DNA from: Candidatus Micrarchaeota archaeon | GTDB taxonomy: Archaea > Micrarchaeota > Micrarchaeia > Anstonellales > Bilamarchaeaceae | Assembly: GCA_037440825.1 (NCBI GenBank) | Contig: JBBITJ010000003.1 | Span: forward strand, 1-53,732 | Reading direction: 5' to 3' | Length of the DNA stretch: 53,732 nt | Shown here: piece after piece, positions 44,256 to 51,344 of the stretch | How positions within the stretch are numbered: the stretch's first letter is position 1 | Layout of the letters: each line of letters starts with the position of its first letter | Notes under the pieces: generated by a model | The model's input: the letters and a program-made list of their open reading frames with translations, nothing else | Told to the model about the DNA's origin: nothing | Database searches by the model: none | Made by a program: the position numbers and the translations under genes

Positions 44256-45491
44256 TTAGGTCTTCACCACTACCTTGTCCGCAACGCTCGTTATCTCGTC
44301 CAGGCTCACATTCATCCTCCTTTCGAAAGGAGTCTGCACGATGATGAACCCGCCCTTTATGTTCACTCCCACCACTTTTCCGAGATAAGTGCCACTCTCC
44401 TCTATCGCCTCCTTCCCCTCTATCTTCATTTCCCCGAGCGCGTCTTCCCTTATTATCCTCACGACCTGTATGGAGACGTATCCTGCGAGCAGGGCCATCA
44501 CTATTGTTATGAGGAAGTCAGCGAAGCTCACGTAGGGCGGCGCGAGGTTGGTTATCCAGTCGCTCCCTATCTTGAGCAGCATCGTTGTAAGCATTATGGC
44601 GCTTCCGTAGAGCGCATACCTCGTGATCACGAATTTCCTCTTCTCCGAGCGCGCGTCCAGCGCCTTGCCCACGAGGATGAACAGCAGCGCCCACGGCACG
44701 ATGAGCAGCCCTGACTTCAGCACGTAAGCATATATTTTCTCCCCATAGAGGGGCTTCGCGAGCGCGTCTATGTACGCCTGGTACATCGCGACCGCGGAAA
44801 CCGCGAGCAGCGCTGCGGCTGAAATGTAGGCAATCCAGCTCGTCTTGTCTATGGAGAACCGGAATTCCTTCGCAAGCTGGAACAGGGATTCGTCTATCCC
44901 GAAGCCCCTCAGCACGAGGTAAAGCCCTACTATTATCCCTATGGGCTGCCACCCGTACCCGAACTGGCTCGCTATGGAAAGCATGAATATGAGTATTGCC
45001 GGAACGCCGATTATGATCTTCGTGTAATACGGATCCTTGAGCTTCTCCAGGAGCACGAAGTACGTCTTCTCGAGCTCCTTCGCCTGCTTTATCACGACCA
45101 CTTTCGCGGAATCTATCTTTATCCGGCTCTTGATTATCGGGATCACTTCCTCGTCAGCAGCGCCGTCCGAGACGAATATGCAGCTCTCCGCCCTCGTCTC
45201 CTCGAGTACCTTGTCCAGTTGCTTCGCGATCTCGCGGTCAGCCACGTGCCCCAGTTTCTTGTGGCCCGTGAGCGTGGCTATCACCACGTGCTTCTCTTCC
45301 TTCTTTATCTCGTCGTACACCTTGACCGCGGAAAAGATGGCGTTAGCGTCCGAATCCTCCGGATCAGCGAGCGCAAGCTTAGTGCCGGCCTTGACGTTCT
45401 CGTCCCTCCCTATGACCGGACCGTGCACCTTGGCCTTTTCGAAGAGGTCGTTGTCCCTATCTATGCAGAGCACAAGAATAGGATTCTCCAT
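44256..45491 (-). CDS. DUF373 family membrane protein
   Basis: It has the soluble N-domain 'VLCIDRDNDL...ADPEDSDANAIF', then about 7 TM helices and a C-terminal beta-rich domain. This is the archaeal DUF373 architecture. Confidence 0.55.
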   Translation of the reverse strand: MENPILVLCIDRDNDLFEKAKVHGPVIGRDENVKAGTKLALADPEDSDANAIFSAVKVYDEIKKEEKHVVIATLTGHKKLGHVADREIAKQLDKVLEETRAESCIFVSDGAADEEVIPIIKSRIKIDSAKVVVIKQAKELEKTYFVLLEKLKDPYYTKIIIGVPAILIFMLSIASQFGYGWQPIGIIVGLYLVLRGFGIDESLFQLAKEFRFSIDKTSWIAYISAAALLAVSAVAMYQAYIDALAKPLYGEKIYAYVLKSGLLIVPWALLFILVGKALDARSEKRKFVITRYALYGSAIMLTTMLLKIGSDWITNLAPPYVSFADFLITIVMALLAGYVSIQVVRIIREDALGEMKIEGKEAIEESGTYLGKVVGVNIKGGFIIVQTPFERRMNVSLDEITSVADKVVVKT

Positions 45492-45562
45492 ATTCAGGGT
45501 TATTCAAAATCTATTTAAATATGTTATCCATACAATATCTATCTCTATTTGATGAGAGTCTG

Positions 45563-46165
45563 ATGAGAATTCATGAAACAGTGGTATTGATGGAGAAAGA
45601 CGATATCGCCTACCCCGGCAAGCACCTCGGCTCGGCAGAGGAAGCCGCACCGGGAAAAGGCACTTACGAAAAGGAGCACGAAGTGTACGCAGCTGCTGCA
45701 GGCCGCGTGGTGCGGGAGCACGGCGAGGTTTTCGTGCTGCCGAAAAAGGAAGTGATGCAGATACACCCGGGCCAGATTGTGTACGGCATAGTCGCGGACG
45801 TGATGGAGCAGCTCGCCCTCATAGAGATTGAGCCGCTCGCCAAGGGGAGGGAGCGCTTCGTGCCCCCTTCCGACTACGGGGTGCTCAGGGTAATGAACAT
45901 CCGCGAGGGCTTCGTTCCCACCGCGAAGACCGAGATGAAGCGCGGAGACGTGGTGAAGGCGCGCGTCGAGATGACCAAGCCAGGAATATTCCTTTCCACA
46001 AAGGGATTCGATTTCGGCGTGGTGCGCGCCTACTGCACCGTGTGCAGGCACGAACTCGCCCTTTCAGGAAATGCGCTCAAGTGCACGAAATGCGGCAGGA
46101 TGGACAGGCGCAAGCTCTCCAAGTCCTACGGCCAGGACGTCATGCTCAACGAGATAAAGCTTTAG
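45563..46165 (+). CDS. csl4: exosome complex RNA-binding subunit Csl4
   Basis: It has an N-terminal 'PG..LG..EE..PG.GTY' pattern, an S1 domain and a C-terminal Zn-ribbon 'CTVCRHEL...CTKCG'. It lies directly upstream of rpoL, as in many archaea. There is an alternative start at 45590. Confidence 0.75.
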   Translation: MRIHETVVLMEKDDIAYPGKHLGSAEEAAPGKGTYEKEHEVYAAAAGRVVREHGEVFVLPKKEVMQIHPGQIVYGIVADVMEQLALIEIEPLAKGRERFVPPSDYGVLRVMNIREGFVPTAKTEMKRGDVVKARVEMTKPGIFLSTKGFDFGVVRAYCTVCRHELALSGNALKCTKCGRMDRRKLSKSYGQDVMLNEIKL

Positions 46166-46174
46166 GTGATTGCG

Positions 46175-46459
46175 ATGGAGATCAACATACTGAACCATGA
46201 AAAGAACACCCTCGAATTCGAGATATCCGGAGCAGGCGCTTCGATACCTGAAATGCTAACCAACAAGCTCTCCGGCAGCAAGAGCGTGGAGTTCGTGTCC
46301 TACAAGATAGACCACCCTCTATCCGGAAAGCCGCGCGTGATAGTGAAGACGAAGAGCAAGGACGCGCTGGAAGTCACGCTCGAGGCCCTCGAGGAAATCA
46401 AGGGCGAAGTTGCGGAATTCAGGAAGGCGTTCAAGGGCTCCACAAGTGATCCTTCATAG
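46175..46459 (+). CDS. rpoL: DNA-directed RNA polymerase subunit L (Rpo11)
   Basis: About 94 aa. The sequence 'EINILNHEKNTLEFEISGAGASIPEMLTNKL...VEFVSYKIDHPL' matches the Rpo11 pattern. Confidence 0.75.
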   Translation: MEINILNHEKNTLEFEISGAGASIPEMLTNKLSGSKSVEFVSYKIDHPLSGKPRVIVKTKSKDALEVTLEALEEIKGEVAEFRKAFKGSTSDPS

Positions 46460-46474
46460 GCTGCGGCGATTCCT

Positions 46475-47458
46475 GTGGACCTGAAAGGGCTGGACAAGAA
46501 GCTCACCAAATTCGAGGAGAGCGCCGCGCAGGTCGCGGTGCTCGCAATAACCTTCATCCTCTACCTTCTCACCAAGAACGCGATTTTCGGGGCGCTAGTG
46601 GCGGTCGAATTCATCGCGTTCGTGCTCCTGGAAGTCCAGCAGGGCGTGAAGAAGCACGGCGTGAAGAACGAGATAATAGACACTCTCAAGTCATTCGGGA
46701 TCGCGATTCTCGCATGGCTCGCGATTTCCTTCCTTCTCCGCACCACGGTTCCAGTGAGCGCGGTCGTTTCCTGCTCCATGCTCCCGAGCCTCCAGCGGGG
46801 AGATTTGACGATAATACACGGCACGACTGCAGCGGAGCTCGCCGCGCCTGAGATAAACGTGAGCTGGGAAGAGCTGCAGAAAATCTATTCAACCTCTGCA
46901 AATATCTATTCCGAGTACGGGAATTTCAGCGTGGACGGCTCGCTGTTCTCCTATTGCCAGACCTACCAATTCACGAATCCCACCTGCAAATACTTCTTCT
47001 CCGAGCCGGAAAAATTCACTGAAGCCAGGGGCGGGCTGGAATTCCGCTACTCGAATTGCGAGCGCAGGCTTCTGGACGGAGGCGGAAGCTCGAAAACCCC
47101 GTGCATCACGTCCGTATCTTACGGCGGAACCGAATACGCTGCGAACGCATCGAACAGCATAATCGTCTACGAGCCGAACAAGGGCGACCTCTTCTCCTAT
47201 ACAGGGGACATAATCCACCGCGTCTTCCTGAAAGTCAAATCAGGGAACGACAGCTACGTGCTTACGAAAGGAGACAACAACAACATATTCGACATCCAGT
47301 TCTACGATTACTCAAGGAAGCTCGCGAACCGCCCGGTGCCTGAAAAGAATATAAAGGGCGAGCACATGTTCGCGATTCCCTATATAGGATATTTCAAGCT
47401 TTTCATCTCCGGATTCGTGGAGGAGCCCGTGTACTGCAATACGAACCTGGAGCATTAG
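46475..47458 (+). CDS. signal peptidase I, archaeal/ER type (S26B) with large insertion
   Basis: It has 'VVSCSMLPSLQRGDL' (Ser box), 'GDIIHRV' (His box) and 'KGDNNNIFD'. About 130 aa of Cys-containing insertion separates the Ser and His boxes. It has a GTG start. Confidence 0.7.
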   Translation: MDLKGLDKKLTKFEESAAQVAVLAITFILYLLTKNAIFGALVAVEFIAFVLLEVQQGVKKHGVKNEIIDTLKSFGIAILAWLAISFLLRTTVPVSAVVSCSMLPSLQRGDLTIIHGTTAAELAAPEINVSWEELQKIYSTSANIYSEYGNFSVDGSLFSYCQTYQFTNPTCKYFFSEPEKFTEARGGLEFRYSNCERRLLDGGGSSKTPCITSVSYGGTEYAANASNSIIVYEPNKGDLFSYTGDIIHRVFLKVKSGNDSYVLTKGDNNNIFDIQFYDYSRKLANRPVPEKNIKGEHMFAIPYIGYFKLFISGFVEEPVYCNTNLEH

Positions 47459-47510
47459 CAGCGGAGCAAAACGCTGAACTCAAAACCGAAAAACCAAAAC
47501 GCTCAGCGCA

Positions 47511-48356
47511 TCATCTGTAGTGCCCTTCTTCCCTTTCCATGAGCACCACGTCGTTTATCTTCTTCATCAGCTCGTCCTTCTCTTTCTGCCCGAGCTTCAG
47601 CCTGTGCACCTTCTCCTTCCATTCCACTATGGACGAGATGATTCTTCCTCCGAGCTGCTCGTTCTCCACGTTCCGTACGTAGGACAGCAGCGCCTTCAGC
47701 GCGTACACGGAATCGCTTTTTCCCAACGCGTCCACTACTGCGCCCCTGAGTATGCGCGCAGCCTCGCTATTATCATAAGCGCAGAGGAAGGAGAACTGGT
47801 GCGTAAGCACTTTCGCGGAGTCGTCGTCCCCGAGTTCGGAAAGCAGGTCCACTATCTCGATGAGCCCTTCGAGCGAGCTCGAGTAGTTGAACATGCTCCT
47901 GTACACGTGGAGCCTGTGCTGCGACGCCTCCGCCTGGGGCAGCTTCTTCCTGAAGTAGTCCAGGTTCTTCGCGATCCGGTATTCGGCGAACTGCGAGAAC
48001 GTCTCGTGCAGCACATACAGTATTATCTGCCTCAGGCTCGGATCCCCTTCCTTGTACAGCCGCTTCAGCGCGGCGAGCGCGTCGTCCTTTGCGCCCTCCT
48101 TCGCCGCAACCGGGTACATGTTGAACTTGAGCATCGCGTCGTTCACTTCGTCTATCCTCTTCTTGCGCGCCAGCTCCTCGGCTGAAAGGGGCTTCTGCTC
48201 AATCGTCATGGTAGGCGGCTTCTGCTCCAGGGATCCTGCTGGTATGTCCTTCCCTATCTCAAGGGCCTGAGCCGCGCCTGCGGGTTTTCCGTTTCCAGCA
48301 TCCAGCCTCCCGCCGGCCGCTTCAGGTTTCGCGACGTTGCCTTTTTTCAAAGCCAT
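47511..48356 (-). CDS. hypothetical alpha-helical (HEAT/ARM-like) protein
   Basis: It has a disordered Ala/Gly/Pro N-terminus followed by repeated helical hairpin-like segments ('ALAALKRLYKEGDPSLR', 'VDALGKSDSVYALKALL'). I assign no family. Confidence 0.55.
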   Translation of the reverse strand: MALKKGNVAKPEAAGGRLDAGNGKPAGAAQALEIGKDIPAGSLEQKPPTMTIEQKPLSAEELARKKRIDEVNDAMLKFNMYPVAAKEGAKDDALAALKRLYKEGDPSLRQIILYVLHETFSQFAEYRIAKNLDYFRKKLPQAEASQHRLHVYRSMFNYSSSLEGLIEIVDLLSELGDDDSAKVLTHQFSFLCAYDNSEAARILRGAVVDALGKSDSVYALKALLSYVRNVENEQLGGRIISSIVEWKEKVHRLKLGQKEKDELMKKINDVVLMEREEGHYR

Positions 48357-48387
48357 GAGAATCACTTTAAAATTTTCCAGCTAATAA

Positions 48388-48957
48388 TTGCACGGTGATT
48401 TTATAACCTTGCTTTTCGCGACAGGCAATGCGCACAAATTCAGGGAGGCGCAGGAAATACTCAAGCCCTATGGAATAATGCTGGAGCAGATCCGCCCGGA
48501 CCACCCGGAGATACGCGCCGACGACGTAGAGGAAGTGGCGCTCGATTCCGCAAAGAACATCCACGCGCGCGTGAAGAAGCCGCTCATAGTGGACGATTCC
48601 GGACTCTTCATCCACGCGCTGGGCAATTTCCCTGGCGCGTACTCTGAGTGGGTGCAGAAAAAGCTGGGAAACAAGGGGATACTGAAGCTGATGGAGGGGC
48701 AGGCTGACCGCACCGCACATTTCAAGGCGTGCGTCGCCTATTGCGACGGCAAGGTACTGAAATCCTTTTGCGGAAGAGTAAACGGAACCATCGCGGAACG
48801 CGAATCCGGAAACGGAGGTTTCGGCTACGACCCCATATTCGTTCCGGAGAACGAGAAGGAAACCTTTGCGGAAAACGAAACGCTTAAAAACCGTATTTCG
48901 CATAGATTCAATGCTTTTACTGACTTCGCCAAATGGTATACTTCTTATACCCGTTAA
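48388..48957 (+). CDS. non-canonical purine NTP pyrophosphatase (RdgB/HAM1 ITPase)
   Basis: It has 'FATGNAHKFREA', 'VDDSGLFIHALGNFPG', 'GGFGYDPIF' and 'KNRISHR'. There is no in-frame ATG, so I take the TTG at 48388 as the start. Confidence 0.85.
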   Translation: MHGDFITLLFATGNAHKFREAQEILKPYGIMLEQIRPDHPEIRADDVEEVALDSAKNIHARVKKPLIVDDSGLFIHALGNFPGAYSEWVQKKLGNKGILKLMEGQADRTAHFKACVAYCDGKVLKSFCGRVNGTIAERESGNGGFGYDPIFVPENEKETFAENETLKNRISHRFNAFTDFAKWYTSYTR

Positions 48958-48994
48958 AAGCGTCGAGAAAGAAACTTTGATATACGGTGAATTA

Positions 48995-49450
48995 ATGGCT
49001 AAATTGCACTCTAAGAAGCATGGAAAAAGCGGCCGCAAGAGGCCGAAGGCAAAGGTGGCGCCCAAGTGGGTCGATTATTCCGAGAAGGAAGTCAAGGAGA
49101 TAATAAACGACCTCGCGAAGAAGGGCACATCGCCGACTATGATCGGCACGATACTCAGGGACCAGTACGCTGTCCCTTCGGTGAAGGCGCTGCTCGGGAA
49201 GACGCTCAACCAGTACATGAAGGAGGAAAACATGCTTCCCCAGTACCCGGACGACCTCATAAACCTGATCAGGAAAGCGGTCAAGATGAGGAACCACCTC
49301 AAGGCGAACAAGGCCGACACGCACGGGAAAGTGAAACTTAGCCACGTGGAGTCCAAGATCAACAGGCTCGTGAAATACTACACGAGGAGCGGAAGACTAC
49401 CGGCAGACTGGAAGTACGACGCCGAGAAGGCCGCGCTGCTCGTCAAATAA
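48995..49450 (+). CDS. rps15: 30S ribosomal protein S15 (uS15, S13e type)
   Basis: It starts 'MAKLHSKKHGKSGRKRP' and ends '...DTHGKVKLSHVESKINRLVKYY'. A GGTGA SD lies upstream of the ATG at 48995. The track start is upstream and overlaps the ITPase gene. Confidence 0.9.
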   Translation: MAKLHSKKHGKSGRKRPKAKVAPKWVDYSEKEVKEIINDLAKKGTSPTMIGTILRDQYAVPSVKALLGKTLNQYMKEENMLPQYPDDLINLIRKAVKMRNHLKANKADTHGKVKLSHVESKINRLVKYYTRSGRLPADWKYDAEKAALLVK

Positions 49451-49461
49451 CGGTGATTCTT

Positions 49462-50061
49462 ATGGCAGCAACTCCAACCAAGAAAGCGAAGGTAGTGGAC
49501 AAGTGGAAGGCGAAGCAGTGGTACACCGTGCTCGCGCCGCAGATTTTCGAAAGCAAGGAGATCGCCGAGATAATCTCGAGCGACGAGGAGAACGTGAAGA
49601 ACCGCGTCATTTCCGTGAGCCTCGCAGAGGTTACCGGGCAGCCGTCGCAGAGCGCGATATTCACCTCGCTCAGGTTCAGGGTGATGGACGTGAAGGGCAA
49701 GAGCGCCTACACGAAGCTCATCGGGCACGAGATATCGCCTTCATACCTAAGGACACTGTCCAGGCGCAACCGCTCCATAATCTCCATAGTCTACGACGTC
49801 AAGACAAAGGACGACCAGACCGTGAGGGTCAAGCTCATTGCGATAACAGGCAGCGAGGTTTCGCAGAACACGAAGAAGAACATCCACCACGCGATAATGG
49901 AGGAGCTCAAGAAGGTCGGCGCGGAATACACCACGGACCAGCTCATGCAGGAGATAATCTTCGGCAAGTTCGCGAGCAGGTTCTTCAACCGCCTCAAGCA
50001 GATAACCCTGATGAGGCGCGTGGAAATCAAGAAGAGCGAGCTGAAAGAAGCCGCAGCATAA
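49462..50061 (+). CDS. rps3ae: 30S ribosomal protein S3Ae (eS1)
   Basis: It has 'KKAKVVDKWKAKQWYTVLAP' and 'RFRVMDVKGKSAYTKLIGHE', typical of eS1. Confidence 0.9.
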   Translation: MAATPTKKAKVVDKWKAKQWYTVLAPQIFESKEIAEIISSDEENVKNRVISVSLAEVTGQPSQSAIFTSLRFRVMDVKGKSAYTKLIGHEISPSYLRTLSRRNRSIISIVYDVKTKDDQTVRVKLIAITGSEVSQNTKKNIHHAIMEELKKVGAEYTTDQLMQEIIFGKFASRFFNRLKQITLMRRVEIKKSELKEAAA

Positions 50062-50124
50062 TCCGGATTTTTTCAATTGTCCGGACCTTCTTCATTTTAT
50101 TGTTTTCCCTCCTTATCCTTACCC

Positions 50125-50394
50125 ATGCGAAACAAGTTCAATCTCCGCCTTCACGAGCTCATAGGGCTCAGGGCGAGGATAACCAAATCGCCCTCCCGCC
50201 AGCTCATCGGGCTTGAGGGAAAAGTGGTGGACGAGACGAAGAATCTCCTCGTAATTGAGACCGAAAAAGGCGAGAAGCGCATACCCAAGTCGCCGAACAC
50301 GTTCCTGTTCTTCCTGGAAAAAGGCGAGAAAGTCGAGATAAAAGGGAAAGAGATCGCGTTCCGCCCGGAAGAGCGGACGAAGAAGGCCCTCTAA
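50125..50394 (+). CDS. rnp1: RNase P protein component 1 (Rpp29/Pop4)
   Basis: The sequence 'LHELIGLRARITKSPSRQLIGLEGKVVDETKNLLVIET' gives the Sm-like Rpp29 pattern. ATG at 50125. Confidence 0.75.
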   Translation: MRNKFNLRLHELIGLRARITKSPSRQLIGLEGKVVDETKNLLVIETEKGEKRIPKSPNTFLFFLEKGEKVEIKGKEIAFRPEERTKKAL

Positions 50395-50614
50395 ATTTGC
50401 CATCGCAGGGGCGACGCCCTCGGGACCTGAGGAACCGCCCATGCCGCCCAGTATCGTGGCGATGTGCCTCTAATTCGTTAATTCATTATTACATATTCTG
50501 CAACAGTTTTATTACTTGTGTTTCATTTAAAACTCTTTGTTATGTTGCCGCGGGAAAACCTTAAAGAACCAGGGGTGCCAAATCATCTTGCAGCCAACGC
50601 AACGGTGAGAATGC

Positions 50615-50941
50615 ATGATTCCAAATATGAATCCCAGACAAATGGCGAAGATGATGGCCCAGATGGGCATAAAGTCCAGGCAGCTGAACGCATCCCGCGT
50701 CGTAATCGAATGCGACGGGGAAAACGTCGTGATAACCGAGCCTCAGGTCATGGAGATCACGATAGAGGGGCAGAAATCCTACCAGATTTCCGGCAAGTCC
50801 AGCAGCGAAGCCTCGATAAAGGAAGAGGATATCAGGATGGTTATGGAGCAGGCTCATTGCACCGAAGCCCAGGCGAAAGACGCCCTCGCCAAATCCAAAG
50901 GGGACATCGCCCAGGCGATAATGGAGATAAGCGGCGAATGA
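50615..50941 (+). CDS. nac: nascent polypeptide-associated complex protein (archaeal NAC with UBA domain)
   Basis: It has 'NPRQMAKMMAQMGI', a NAC beta-barrel and the C-terminal UBA 'EDIRMVMEQAHCTEAQAKDALAKSKGDIAQAIMEI'. A GGTGAG SD lies upstream. Confidence 0.85.
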   Translation: MIPNMNPRQMAKMMAQMGIKSRQLNASRVVIECDGENVVITEPQVMEITIEGQKSYQISGKSSSEASIKEEDIRMVMEQAHCTEAQAKDALAKSKGDIAQAIMEISGE

Positions 50942-51344
50942 GCTGGCAATTCCCTAATCTTTGGGATAATACTTCCCGTAGAGCGGGTACAGGATCTTTT
51001 CCAGCTTCGGGTAAAGTTTGTCGTCCTTCGTGGTCTGGACCTAGTCGCTGAGCTTCGTGAATATCTTCAGCAGCATCCTGTGCTGTCCCTTAAGCGTCTT
51101 TATGAGCGTGCTTGGCATGGCGGTTTTACGGAAAGCACATTTAAAAATACGCTGCGCGGCCGGCAAAGCAAACCTCGCAGCGGAAGCGCCACGAAATTCT
51201 TTATTAATCTTTTGTTATATACATAAGCAAATCCTCATCAGCAAATGGTAAACTCCTACAGAGGCAATCCTAATGAGGGGTGTGGGGAAATCAAGGAAAA
51301 ACCGCTAGGGGCGAAGCCCCTAAGAGGTTTGTCTGGGTGAGTTT

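Noticed and set aside
51057-51251. A 64-aa plus-strand ORF between nac and ppsA.
   Set aside because: It has a hydrophobic, Cys-rich, implausible sequence with no SD or TATA context. It also overlaps the candidate minus-strand promoter and small ORF.
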